64,000 bases of DNA from Lama guanicoe. Taxonomy: Eukaryota. How positions within the stretch are numbered: position 1 is the stretch's first letter; the number at the start of each line of letters is the position of its first letter. The translations under genes were made by a program, and so were the position numbers. The stretch is from assembly GCA_013239625.1 (NCBI GenBank), contig MU053513.1, positions 1,290,927 to 1,354,926 of the forward strand, in the 5' to 3' direction. The notes below the pieces were generated by a model, which saw only the letters and a program-made list of their open reading frames with translations, had not been told where the DNA came from and searched no databases. Below are positions 24,967-38,150 of the stretch, piece after piece.

Positions 24967-25454
24967 TATATTGAGTTGTTTATTAATTCTAGCAAGGGAA
25001 TACAGCTTTTCACACACAAGTCCAAAGAAAGGTCTTTTTCTTATTTGAAAGGTCATTCCCTTTGGTTGAGCACCTAGTGTGTTGAACACAGACGCTGTAA
25101 GGCATACACATAAAGAAATGAAGGAGGAAGAGGATAGGAACCCAGCTACCTAGATCAGAGAAATTCACCTTGGTGGGCCATGAAGTAATAAATATTACAG
25201 CCGAATTCCTTAACATCTATTGCAAAGCTAAAACCTCTTATTTATCTGCATATGACTCTCCTTAACAATTTAAAGTCCCCAGTTAGTCCACAACAATTCC
25301 AATAAAAACAAATTTGTCTTCATAGTTAAAAGTCTCCATGATGATGTAGTCCAATGGGCCATCCATTATTACAGCTCCTATCATTAGCAACGCCACTCAA
25401 ACGGTAAACTTTCCATGTAATTGACAGGCAACCAGCCATTTCTCATAGTAAACT

Positions 25455-25510
25455 CTTTGTTTAAATTTGATTAATTCTTGACATACCTGGCCATGTCACT
25501 TTGAACTTGT
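25455..25510 (-). promoter_or_regulatory. Candidate regulatory element or first-exon end: HNF4-like DR1, HNF1-like and FOX-like motifs with gacATGGCCAG|gtatgt
   Basis: tgtcactttgaact (25494-25507), gattaattcttgac (25469-25482), tgtttaaa; minus-strand ATG in good Kozak context immediately before a consensus donor at 25486. Confidence 0.3.
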
Positions 25511-26369
25511 TTTTAATTCAGGCTTTTCGAAGAGTTTCTTAAGAGACACTGTTATTTTCACTTAATCAGACGTTGTTTCATGCACTGGCCTCGATTGAAA
25601 TTTTCTTCTTGGCAACATTTAAATGAAGGAAATTTAAGAACAGCACAACATTCACCAGTATGGAAGTTATTTCTAGATCATCACGCACTCAGCTTCTTTT
25701 TTTTTAACGTGTATAACTAAATTTATTTTCATCAGGGTGTGAATGACCATCGGGGTTTACCATCCAAGGATATCTGCTTTTTAAAAGAGGAATTTGTGTA
25801 GACAAATGACATTCAAATTAGTGGCTGTCTATGTGGCATCAGAAATTCAGGAGTCCCACCACTTCCTCCCGCAGCCGGGAGCACTGGAGCGGTGCTAGCC
25901 ACCCCCATCTGAGAGGCTCTGGCCCTGCTGTGTTGGTCCAGCTGGCCTTCCTGCACCCTCACTCAAATGGGTTCTCTTGAACATCCTGCACAGAAAGGAG
26001 CTGGTGTTTCCTGGGACAGAGGGGTTGCTGAATAGGGAACAAAGGGATGTGACTCGCAGAGCTGGGAAATCTCAGCTCTGTCATGTAGAATGGGGAAGCT
26101 GAAGGAAGATGCCTCCTCCAGCAGGAGCTGTGTCAGGATCCAAATGAGTGAAAACCAATGAAGGTCCAACACTGGCCAAGAGAAGACATCCGATCAAAGC
26201 AGGTAACACCACCCACCACATTGGGAACCACCACCCCAACAGCAGTACCTGTTGGCAAGGAAATACTTTATATAACAAGACATGGGACAATCAGTAAATT
26301 AAATAGACACTGTTTATCCTTTCAGCATCCATCCAAAGGCCTCCTCTGTGCATACTCTCCGGGGAATAT

Positions 26370-26560
26370 GATGCATAATGATGATGAAAAGACATTTCAA
26401 TTGCACATTAGAATTTTGGAAGTGCTCACACATGCATTATCTTACTGAATTCTGGAAACAAACCTGTGCAGAGAACAAGTTACTGCCCACTTAGAGGTCA
26501 GGAAACTGAGGTTCAGGGAGAGGGTGTCCTAGGTCACAATAAATGACAGAGCTCAGGATA
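26370..26560 (-). mobile_element. MIR SINE
   Basis: acatgcattatcttactgaattct...ggaaactgaggttcagggagagg...cctaggtcaca. Confidence 0.75.
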
Positions 26561-28379
26561 AAGATCATTTGTTTGTTCATCCATCCGTTCATTCATTCAT
26601 AGAGTAGCTGGAAATTTTCAAAATTGATTTTGGTGTGGATTTGTCATCATTTAGAAAAGTCTGGCTGTTGAAGCTGGAGGACCCGGGGGCCTGTGAGAGG
26701 AAGGAACGTCGGTTTCGTTGATGCGGTCTCCCCAGGGCAGTGGCTGCTCTCTTAGACACAGAGGGAGGTGTAGAAGGTAGGAAAGAGGGTGTTACCTCCT
26801 TCAAACTGTGCCTCTGTCTTTCCCACAGTTCCCAGTAGTCCAGAGACCAATCACACTGGGGAAACCAAGGCAGCCAGCAGTGAGCTGAAAGCTCACTGAC
26901 AGTGTGACTACTCTGGTTTCATCTCCACAACATCTCCATGAGGAAGTGTTAAAACTCCCACTTCACAGAGGAGAAAAGCAGGAGAGGAACAGGAAGCCAA
27001 GCCCTGCTGCACCCTCACCACTGCTCCGCAAGTCGCCAGGAGCACTGCCCCTCTACTGGGTCTGCCCACCAGCCTGTATTTCCCTCCCTTCCAGCCTCCC
27101 GCTGTCCATGGTTCTAGTTCACCCAGACCCTGACCTTCTCTTTTCCGCACTTCTGCAACAGTTCCATCCGACATTCATTTTAAAATTATAGGTACACATT
27201 TAGTGAGCGCCAGTAGTGTCCCAGGCTCCGTCCTGGACATCGAGAGAGAATGATGAGCATGAGTTAGCGCCTGCCGTTCTAGTGAGGGATGCCACAGGAG
27301 AACAGGGGACCCTATGTGGGGAGAAGTCCAAGTGCTGCGTGAGCATCCAGCAGATGTGCCCAGTCCAGCTGGGGGACGTGGGGGAAGGTGGTGCTCATGG
27401 GCCAAGTAAAGCTAAGAACCTCCATGATGAGCTGAAGTCAACCAACTCTTAACACCCCCTTATGAGAGTCCTTTTCAAAATGAAAACCCAACCAAACTAC
27501 CCCTCTTCTCAAAACCCTTCAGTGGCTCCCTACTACTCAGAGAATGAAGGCCAGGTTCCTTAGCAAGGCCCGCAAAGTTCACCATGTCCTGACCGCCTCT
27601 CCCACTGGGTCCCAGTATGTCTCCATGTCTGTCTCCTCCAGAAGGGAAGCACCTGGAAAGCAGCCTATGTCCAGTTTAATTCTCTGTACCCAGGCCCAGA
27701 CCAGGGCTGCTGGGTCATAAGCATTTGATGAGTTTCTTAAAAGAATGCATACGTTCCTGAGTTCTGAGTCATTGTTCTAAAAGAGAAGGCTAATGTAGCT
27801 TTCCCTTGAGTCTCATGGTAGAACCAGCCCAAGCCCCCTGCAGTTTTGGTCAGTGAGTGGAGAAGAAGGGTTGAAGAAGGAACAAGGCCCATGACTCCGA
27901 GGAATGCAACTCTGGCACCCCTATTGCCTACAGAGAACCCCACAAGCCCTATGGAGAGTTCCCCCTCAGTCTTGACACAGAGGAGTCCTGGGTCAGTGTA
28001 CATATCACCCGAGTGCAGAGTCCATGGACAGGCCTTTGTGTGACCTGTCCCTTCTCCCAGTTCTCTGCACCTCACCCCTGGGAGCCCCAGCCCCTGGCAC
28101 AGAGCTCTTCGCACACCCAGTGTTTAGAACATCCCCTGTGTATGTTCAACTCACTACACTTCCAGGATGAGGTTTATAACAAAGACAAATTCTCCTCTAC
28201 TAATTTTCAAAGAGAAAAGAAGAAATGCACTTCAAGCAAGAAAGCTGCATGTCTGAGGTTTCCAGCCAGGAGATTTTTTTTTAACTCCTTCCCCATTTCA
28301 CCCCCTTTGTATCACTATTTCTTTGTGAGATGACAGAGATAGTAAGAGATGAAAAACAGGAGAAGAATGAAGGGGAATT

Positions 28380-28640
28380 TGTACTATAGGCAGGCCCTGC
28401 CCTGGGCTTTACCCCAGCTAATCCCCATCAGGGTCACTCTTCAAGGAAAGTTACATCAATGTCTTTTATAATTGAGGAAATTCAGGCTCAGGGCCTTTAA
28501 GGAGACAGATTACACAAGGTCAAAGTGAGAAGTCCAGTGTCATCAACTTGACTGCTTCTTTCACGCTTAGTCATCTAGTAAGTGATTGGAACAAGGATTT
28601 GAACCCAGGCTTATCTGACTCCAGAGCTGAACTTCTTGGC
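28380..28640 (-). mobile_element. MIR SINE fragments
   Basis: ttttataattgaggaaattcaggctcag; ggatttgaacccaggcttatctgactccagagc. Confidence 0.75.
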
Positions 28641-30349
28641 TATTCTCATGAGTCACAGTGGGCTCTCTTGGGAAACAATCACTTAATTCGAGAAACGTCC
28701 ATATTTTACCAGCCTTTTGAGTTAAAAAGAGCTGCCATCATTTTCCTATCTAGAAACAATTAGGTCCTCCACTTCTCACCACCACATCATTTCTCTGTCC
28801 AATACCAAATGCACACCAAAAGAACCGATTTTTTTAAGCAAAAGTTTTGAAAATCTCATGGCTACTCAAGGAGTAAAAAAGTACTGAATACGCCTTTTAG
28901 AGCATGTTGGCAAGCTCTCTTGTTTAGCTGACACCATAAAGCAGACAGAGCTGTGTGATGAACCGTCTCCTAGAACTATTTGTCGCTGATAACAGAGGCT
29001 TCCGTAATAAATGACTGGAAAGCACTTTTCCATTACAAAGTATTACATAACCACTGACTGACAATCATACAGAACTGTGCCAACCTGGAATAAGATACCC
29101 TTATGAATTATATAAGCAAAACCAGCGGCAAGCACAGTCAGCTACACTTCTCTGTATCCTTCCAAACTTCAAGTGGACTGACAAAGACTGTTAGAAAAGA
29201 GAAATTCTAAAATTCATGTCCTCCTACGAGCTTTTTATATAAGGCTCCTCGGTTCTTGTAGAAGCCCTGGTGAGAGGATGCCTGGGGCCTGGGTTTTACT
29301 GGGTGGAAAGGTGAGACCCTTGATGACACGTACGGCAGCTACAGCTTGAGAAAAGGGCTCAGAAAGGAAGTCAAGACACACCATTTGACACAAAGGGTTA
29401 AAATTTTCCAGAGTTTTCCACAGCTGTTAAGCCACTTGGATTCTTTATAAGATCCTTAGAGAACAAGAACTTAGATTTTCAAGTTCTTTTAATAGATAGC
29501 AATGGAAAGAGAAACAAAGAGTTCTTTCCCCTTTTTATGAGACCTCACCCTAGGCCAAAACAGAGCCAGACAGACGGTCAGACCAGCCATCCACTGCCCG
29601 GCACGGCTGCTCAGAGAAAGGACCACACTGAGCTCATCCAACTGCTCGCCTCAACGCCCTACACAGGTGCACTTACTCATTCAAGGACCGTTTCTGAAGC
29701 ACCAACCAGGCACCAGACGTCACGTCAACTGCTGCGGGTTGGCTCGGCATTCTGGTAGCACCGCTATTTTCAGAAGAGAAGACTGAGGTTCAGAGGGGTT
29801 AGGTGCCCAGGCGGAAGCCACGTAGGGCATGAGCCCCAGCCCTCACCTGCCGCCTCACCAGCGGCGCTCCCACTGAGCAAAGCGTGAGGATGCCATACAG
29901 CTCACTCGGCGCCTGTGGCTGATCTCCAGGCCAAAGAGAACACTGTACTCCGCATCTCAGACACGGAAGGAATTCGGGGTGGAAGGAAGACAAAGGGCAG
30001 CTCCAAATGTATGGACCTCTCCTGCAAACCAGGACCCCCCCAAATTCTCTCTCCTGCAAATTCAGTTGTTCTTAGGGCTCACTGCTCAAATATTCCATAG
30101 ACACAAACCGGCAACCTTTCACATCTGAACTCTACCTTCTGCTCTGTTAGGTGTCCCTCCGATTCTTTTCCACGTTCTGTGTTCTCCAAGCCCACATCAC
30201 TGTCTCAGAGATCCTGGCTCTCCCCAGTCCCTGACACGAAACAAGCCCCTCCAGTCATCTCCTTTCACAGCATTTAACACAATGTGTAATCATACATGTG
30301 TCTGCAGGTTTACTTAACATCAGTCTCCCTCATTAAAAAGCAAGCTTCA

Positions 30350-30781
30350 AGACTCACAGATACAGGGGGAAGGTACAGCTCAGTGGTAGAGTGCTTGCCT
30401 AGCAAGCCCAAGGTTCTGGATTCAATCCCCAGTGCCTCTATTTTAAAAATAAATAAATAAAACCTAATTATCTCCCCCAAAAATTAATTTTTAAAAAAGA
30501 CTCGCAAATATAGAGAAAAAATTAGTAATTACCAGTGGGGAGAGGGAAGCAGGGGGGGTGAGATAACAGTAAAGGATTAAGAGGCACAAAATATTGGGTA
30601 TAAAATAAGCTACAAGGATATATTGTACAATGCAGGGAATATAGCCAATATTTTATAGTAACTATAAACGCAGTATAACCTTTAAAATTGTGAATCACTA
30701 TATTATACACCTGTAACTTATATAATATTGTACAGCAACTATACTTCAATAAAAAAAACAAATAAATCAATTAATTTAGTT
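30350..30781 (+). mobile_element. L1 3' end nested in L2
   Basis: gactcacagatatagagaa...ttaccagtggggagaggg...caactatacttcaataaaaa; TSD aaaagcaagcttca (30336-30349) / aaatgcaagcttca (30782-30795). Confidence 0.9.
30365..30496 (+). mobile_element. Camelid tRNA-derived SINE nested in L1
   Basis: gggggaaggtacagctcagtggtagagtgcttgcctagc...ggattcaatcccc; TSD aagactcacagataca / aagactcgcaaatata. Confidence 0.9.
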
Positions 30782-33700
30782 AAATGCAAGCTTCACACAA
30801 CCAAAAACCATTGTCACTTTTTCCTAGTTCCTGACACAGTGACTGACTATAGTAGGTACTCAATAAATATTTGTTAAATTACTGAATAAACGAATGACCG
30901 TAGTTAACCTGTATTATAAAACTATAACCAAATATTACCTGCTCCACATCACCTATTTAACATTGTACCTTACCCCCAAAGGTAAAAATATTCTTTTCCA
31001 TCTCAACTTTTGCCTTTTTCCATGACCATCGTCTTCTAATATATAAATAATTTACTTATGATGCTCATCTTTTTATGGCCTGTTCTTGGCAAAAAATGTA
31101 AGCTTCACAAGGGAAAGGATGGCAAAGGCCTAGAACTCTGGCTCATAGTAGATGTTCAATAAACACTTGTTAAATGAATGAATGAAAACCTTTCTCTTAA
31201 TTTCTTAATATTAAGCATTCAAAGATACACTGTTTAAATTGTGGGATATAGGTGAATTTAATTTCTGTGAGCTTCATCTTCCTGGTGGGCACTGGACAAA
31301 CTAAACTCTAAGATGAACATTTCAGTGATCACAAATAGGTTCACTTATATGCATATTATTGCAAGGCAGGAAAGCGAATTAGCACATTTGACCATTCAAC
31401 AAAATGGGTTTTCAGTAGATTCTCCAGGATGATCAAGGACTTCTATCTCACCAAGGTCCAAGTTAATTGAGGTCTTATTGTTTAGGTGTCTTTTCTTCTA
31501 TATTCCTTCAAAAACATTGAAGTTTGGATGAGGCTTTGTATTGTCAAAAAATCTCATGTGACAACAGCGACTTTTCTATGTGTCCAGTTGGATGAACCAA
31601 TTCAACAAGTGTTTATTGACAATGTTCTTTATGCTTCGTCTCACACCACTCTAGGCAAAGTAGAAATGCTCTTTTCAAGAAGCACTCATTATCCTCCACT
31701 GGGGGTATCAGGCACACTCACAAAACAACCAGAAAACAAAAAGCCCTGTCAATTCAGAGCAAGGATATAAGGTGCTGTGGAGGAAGGACTAGGCAAGGAC
31801 CAGCAGGAATCAGACTATTCAGGAAAAGTCCCAGGCAGACGATTTGACAAACTTTTTTTAAAGAATATGAGACACTAGTCACCTGCATGGGGAAAGGTCC
31901 TGCCTGAACCAATGGACCAGTGCTAACAGAACCTTCAATATTATGTAGACAATCATCAGTCTATCAGGGAATCCAGCAGCTCCCTTCCCTCTTTCCGTGG
32001 GCTGGAACTGTCTCACACGGTTTTGAATAGCCTTGAGGAGTCTGGGTGCTAGTTCACTAACTTTGCCACGAGTTCCACATTTCCTTTAAGGCATCCTTAA
32101 AAGATCACAAATAGGTCAATGGCAATAGAATTGTGTTCATCTGTCAAGAGAAATTTCCACTTAATGAGAACACCAAACTGCATCATGGACAAGGAATCCA
32201 AAACACTTAAGGAAAATCAGCATGGAATGTGTAGCCAAACTCCCCCAGTGGTTAGCAGAGCCAGTGTCACATTGGCTCAGCCTAAACCCCTATGAATATA
32301 TACACAAACTCGCAGCCCTTCAGACAGTTACGCACCAGAGACGCGGGATCATTCTTGCCTCAGGGATATGACCAGACTACCAAGACTGTGTCCTAAATTC
32401 ACACAGTAGCATGTCTGGAGCCTTGACTTGTTTCAGCAATTTGGAGGACTTAATGCACATTAGCCTCAGTCAGCCCAGCCACCTTCAAATAAAATTAATG
32501 TGATCATGACTCTAATGGAAACTGGCCCGTCTAAGAGATACTGTCTTCAATGTCACTTATTTCAAGAACTCCTTGTATGGTACTGTCGTGATATAATTAT
32601 TGTCTGCGTTAAGATTAAGCATTAGTGTTGAAGTTTTCTTTCTCCTCTACTGCCTTTTCATAATTTCCCTGTGCTACAGCTAGAAGGGAGGGTGGGAGGC
32701 TTGTGATGGGAGAGTGATGAGTAATGGTGCCTGTCTCCCCAGCTGCACCTCCTCCCATCCACAGATGTGGTCAGTCTGGTGGGAAATTCATCATTTGGCC
32801 ATCTCAGCACCAACTTGTAGCAACTGTGACTTTTCCATTAAAGTTCGAAGAATTTCTGTAACAATTTTCAACCAGCTCATTATTATATACCACCACAAAT
32901 GTTGGCACCTATGCCAAGGCAGTCAGGGAACTGAGTGGCTTGAATGAAAAGAATCTTCCTAAAAAATGTAAATTAATAACAATGTAATATCAGATGATTA
33001 ACAAGATTACAATGTCATAACATTTATACTGTATTAAAGTATGTGAATTGATGAAAGAACTAAGGAGAAAGATGTAGATACCGAGCCTATTTTGATAATT
33101 ATATACACATACAATCAAATAATAAAGACTATTTTCTATAAATATATAAATAATAGAAGGATTTTTAACTGTTTTCTCCTGCTTTTTTGTATTATAGTTC
33201 AAACTACACTCTAGTCTGTCTCACTGTTCTCAACACCCTCTAGTAAATTTCCAGAAATCTCAATGTCTTTTGAACTTTCACTCTGGAGTGTTCCTTAAGT
33301 TCATCTTAAGACATGATCTTTCATCTTATCTCTTGACCAATGTTTCTGTTATTTCTTCAGTCACCTTTCCACTCTGTGGAAACTACAAAATTTCTAAATT
33401 AAATCCCTTTCTGAAAAAGCCAAACCTTCCTTTATTTAGAAATGTATTTAAATAATATACTCGAGCTTGTGTTCTTACTTACAGACCAGTAAGGCTGTAA
33501 GCAAATAGCTAAAACAAAATAAGAATAAATAAATGAAAATAAGTAAAATAAAACAAAATGCTAGACATCTGTAAAGCCTACCACTGAAGTGGCTGTCCTT
33601 TATTCCGGGGTAAGACGAGGAGAAAGGCCAGGGAAGGCCACCTAGAGATGATGAGAAATACTTGCCCAAAGAAGGAAACCTACTTCAGGTAAGTCTCTCT

Positions 33701-34449
33701 TCACCAGAGGACGGGCGGGAAAAGGAGGAAACTGTAGCAAAAGCATGGCTTCAATTATCATTTGTGAATAGCACCATATATGCAATTGTCTGCCACATTG
33801 TTGTTGACAATGTTAATTCTCTCCAGCACTCAGTGACTCTGTGTTCTCTATATAAAATCCTTCAAGGCATCGTTGCTGGCATCATCATTAGTCTTTCATA
33901 CATCATTAGTCCAAGTGAAAACTGGTAAAAATATTTTGGAAGTCCTATCACATTTTAAATATGCGTACTTTATGATTCAGCATCATTTTCCAAGAAACCT
34001 ATCTCACAGAAATAGCATCATGGCTGAATAAACATACATGAACAAAAAATGTGTAGTGTACTACACACATAGAAACATTAGTTCTCCTTGTATCTAATCT
34101 TAAATCAAAAATTTGGAGCATGAAGAACCGCAAGTAACATCACAAATGTTCTCCTTTCTTTCCACGAACCTACACCAAGAGCCCTCTCAGACGGTTAAAG
34201 ACAGTTTTGTGGCTCCACCACATACAATCTAAGAAAGGAAAATAGAATCTGAAGTGAGACAAATTTATCTGGTGAAAGAAAGAAAAAAACAACAAAAGTA
34301 TCATCCCCTAATTTCAAAAGGACTACAAAGCCACAGTAATCAAAACAGCTAGCATACTAACAAAAGGATAGACATGTAAGTCAATGAAAAACACTGAGTC
34401 TGGAAATAAACCCTCACACTTACAGTCAACTGAATTGAACTGAACTGAA

Positions 34450-35700
34450 TTTATTTTATTACAATAAGAACACTTCATATGAGGTCTACCCTCTTAACAA
34501 ATTTTTAAGAGTACAATGCAGTATTTTTAACTATAGAAACAATGTCATGCAGCTCTCTAGAACTTACTTGTCTTGCCTAATTGAGATTTTATACCCACTG
34601 ATTAGCAACTCCCCATATCCTTCTCCCCCATGCCCCTGGCGACCACCATTTTACTGTCTGATTCTATTTGTATGACTATTCTAGATGCCTCTCATAAGTG
34701 GAAACATGTAGTATTTGTTAGTAGTCCCACTTGTCTATTCTTGCCCTTTTTGGCCTGTGCTTTTGGTGTCACATTCATGAAATCATTGTGAAGACCAATG
34801 TCATAAGGATTTTCCTCTATGTTTTCCTCTAAGAATTTAAATTTTTTTCAGATCTATGGGTAAGTCTCCAATCCATTTTGAGTTGATTTTTGTGGTGATG
34901 TCAAATAAGGGTCCAGTTTCGTTCCCATGCTTGTGGATATTCAGTTTTACCAACACCATTTGTTGAAGAGACAATCCTTTTCCCATTGTGTATTCTTAGC
35001 AGTCTTGTTGACAATAAGTCGACCGTATATGCATGGATAGATTCTGGGGCTCTATACTCTATTCCATTGGTCTACATGTCTGTCTTTATTCCAGTATCAC
35101 ACTGTTTTAATTACTGTAGCTTTACAATAATTTTGAAATCAAGAAGTGTGAGGTCTCCAGCTTTGTTCCTTTTTTCTAAAGATTGTTTTGGCTATTTGGG
35201 AGTCCTTTGTGGTTCCAATATGAATTTTTATATTGTCCTTTCTATTTCTATTAAAAACATTATTGAAATTTTGATTGAATCTGTAGATCTCTCTGGGCAG
35301 TATGAACATTTTAACAATACTAATTCTTCCAGTTCACAAACTTGGAATATCTTTAATTTGTTTCACAGACGTTTTGTAGTTTTCAGTACAAAAGTCTTTC
35401 ACCTCCTTAGTTAAGTTTGTTTTTAATATTTTATTCTTTTCATACTTTTATAAATGTTGCCCTAATTTCCTCTTTGGATTATTTATTGTTAGTGCATAGG
35501 AATGCAACTATTTTTGTAAGTTGATTTTGTGTCCTGAACCTTTACTAAATTTAATTATTAAGGGGATGTGTGTGTGTGTGTGTGTGTGTGTGTAGTCTTC
35601 AAGGTTTTCTGTATATAAGATCATGTCATCTGCAGACAATCACAACTTTATTTATTACTCGCTGATTTGGATGACTTTTATCTCCTCTTCTTGCCTAACG
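34450..35700 (-). mobile_element. Antisense L1 (L1MA-like) with internal deletion near 34720
   Basis: Antisense 3' UTR (gaggtctaccctcttaacaaattttt) jumps directly to antisense ORF2 (gtagtcccacttgtctatt...). Confidence 0.85.
35567..35593. repeat. (TG)n microsatellite
   Basis: About 13 TG units seen directly. Confidence 0.95.
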
Positions 35701-36968
35701 GTTTTTTAACACGATTGCCAAGACCATCTAATGGTGAAAGAATAGTCTTTTCAACAAATCGTGCTGGGCCAACTACATTCAGAAGAATGAAGTTAAGACC
35801 CCTTTTTTCGCACCACACACAAAAACTAACTAAAAATGGATTAAAGACCTAAGTATAAGAGCTAAAATTATAAAACTCTTAGAAGAAAATAGAGAGTAAA
35901 TCTTCACCATACTGAATTTGGCAATGGTTTCTTAGGTATGAGACCAAAAGCACAAGCAAAAAGGAAAAACATGTAAGTTCGACTTCATCAAAATTTTAAA
36001 AATTTGTCCTTCAAGAGACACTACCACGAAAGTGCAGAAAAAAAAACTGCTCACAGAATGTGAGAAAATATGGGACAATCATATATCTGGTGAGTATCCA
36101 AAGTGTATGAAGATCTCTTACACCTCAAAAAAAACAAAAAGAGAAACAACTCAATTAAAAATGGGTAAAGCACTTGAAGAGACGTTTGCCCAAAGAAGAT
36201 ATACAAATGATCAACAAGCGTATGAAAATATGCTCAGCGCCATCAGTCATTAGGCAAATGTAATTCAAACCACACAAGACACGGCTTCACACCCACTAGG
36301 GTGGCTATAATCAAATAAATGGAAAACCACAAGTGTTGGGGGAGGTGAAGAAATTGGAGCCCTCATACATAGCTGGCAGGAATGTAAAGTGGTGCAGCTG
36401 TTATGAAAGACAGTTGGTGGTTCCTCAATAAATTAAACATGAAATTATCATATGACCCAATAAATCCAATCCTGGGTCTATACCCAAAAGAATTAAAAAC
36501 AGATGCTCAAACAAAAACTATTGTGCACAAATGTTAATAAGCAGCACTCTTCACAACAGCCGGAAGATGGAGACCATCCCAATGTCTATTAACTGACTGA
36601 TGAACAAACGAAATGTGAATATCCACACAATGGACTATAATTGTTCCTTAAAAATGAATAAAGTACCAACATATGCTGCAACAGGGGTGAACAGCAAAAC
36701 ATTATGCTATGTGAAAGCTAAGTGAAGCCAAACACAAAAGGCTGCATACTGTGTGATTCCATTTATATGAAATATCCTGAATAGGCAAACCATAAAGAGA
36801 GAAGACTAGTGTTTTCTAGGAGCCAAGAGGAGTGGAAAGTGGGAAATGACCAATTCAGGGGATTTCCTTTCAGGATGATAAAAATGTTACAGAACTACAC
36901 GGGGGTGTATGGCTGTACACCATTGTGACTTTATTAAATACCACTGAACTGTACACTTTAAAATGGTT

Positions 36969-37430
36969 CAGATGAGAATGAAATAATGCCATTTACAGCA
37001 AGACAGATGGACCAAGAGATTATCATACTAAGTGAAGTAAGTCAGATAGAGAAAGACGTATCATATGATATCACTTATATATGGAATCTAAAAAAATGAT
37101 GTAAATGAACTTATTTACAATAGATTTGCAGACTTAGAAAACAAATTTCTGGTTACCAAAGGGGAAAAAGGAAAGGGATAGATTAGGAGTTTGGAATTAA
37201 CAGATACACACTACTATATATAAAAAAGATAAACAAGGATCCACTGTATAGCACAGGGAACTATATTCAATATCTTGTGATAAACTATAATAGAAAAGAA
37301 TTATTTATATATATATACATACATACATATGTATAACTGAATCACTTTGCTGTACACCTGAAACTAACATAGCATTGTAAATCAACTCTACTTCAATTAA
37401 AAAAAACATTAAAAATAATAAATCTGCATC
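36969..37430 (+). mobile_element. Young L1 3' end with 10-bp TSD
   Basis: gaatgaaataatgccatttacagcaa...caactctacttcaattaaaaaa; TSD taaaatggtt at 36959-36968 and 37431-37440. Confidence 0.9.
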
Positions 37431-37994
37431 TAAAATGGTTAAAATGATTTTTATGTTATGCATGTTTTATCCATAAAACTAAACCTGAAAAAATATTATT
37501 ATCAATTTATTAGAGATCACAAAGAAGAAATAGATGATTTATTAAATGAAAAATTAAGTGGAAGAGTGTGCATCTTTCTGAAAAATGGAGATGTCAGTTC
37601 TTTTTGTGTGCCTATAAGAGAATCCTAATTATATAGATGTCCACAGAACAGAGAATAATGACAAGAAAAGTGACAAGGGACAGCTGAAGAAAAAAGGTAC
37701 CAATTGATGCAGTTGGGTGTTGCCCTTGACAAAACCAACCATCTGATAGAGCAATTAGCCTTACCTTGCACATACATTTTTCCAGTGTAGATTGATGTGT
37801 AGAACTGGAAGTCCTCAAGAAGCTGTTGCTACTCCCCAAATGCCAAGAAAAAGGAAACACTTTGCTCTTTCTCTGTCAGTCTGTGGTGTCACGCTACAGC
37901 ACTACGCAGCCCACCAGCTGTATAACCTTCGGAAGGAGTTCAACTATATATAAGATCACGTCATCTGCAGACAATCACAACTTTACTTATTACG

Positions 37995-38150
37995 CAGCTT
38001 CTGCCTACTCTACTTACTAACTGTGTGATTTTGAACAAGTGACTCAACCTCTCTGAAATTTCCTCATCGATAAAATGGGGATAATAGAACCTACCTTACC
38101 CTATGACTGTGAGCGTTAAATGAGTTAATACGTATAAAGCACCTACAACA
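37995..38150 (+). mobile_element. MIR SINE
   Basis: tacttactaactgtgtgattttgaacaagtgactcaacctctctga...cctcatcgataaaatggggataatagaacctacc. Confidence 0.85.

Larger units (their letters stand above)
30100..30890 (+). mobile_element. L2 3' region, host of nested L1 and SINE
   Basis: cagtctccctcatt|aaatgcaagcttca...agtaggtactcaataaatatttgttaaattactgaat terminal L2 motif. Confidence 0.7.
34305..37480 (+). mobile_element. Old L1 (L1MB-like) ORF2 to 3' UTR, split by two later L1 insertions
   Basis: ORF2 breaks at 34433 (...cagtcaactga) and resumes at 35702 (ttttttaacacgattgccaagacc); 3' UTR ...actgaactgtacactttaaaatggtt|aaaatgatttttatgttatg. Confidence 0.85.

Noticed and set aside
26380..26450. ATGATGA...CTGA spaced like a C/D snoRNA
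   Set aside because: Lies within a MIR and lacks a convincing terminal stem.
28951..28995. ctgt-GTGATGA...CTGA-ta-acag mini C/D box arrangement
   Set aside because: About 45 nt, too short for a canonical snoRNA, and no rRNA or snRNA complement recognised.
32185..32295. 36-codon ORF MDKESKTLKENQ... with a reasonable start context
   Set aside because: No recognisable homology or transcript signals; expected by chance.
34986..35414. Longest ORF in the track (142 aa)
   Set aside because: Antisense reading of a degraded L1 ORF2.
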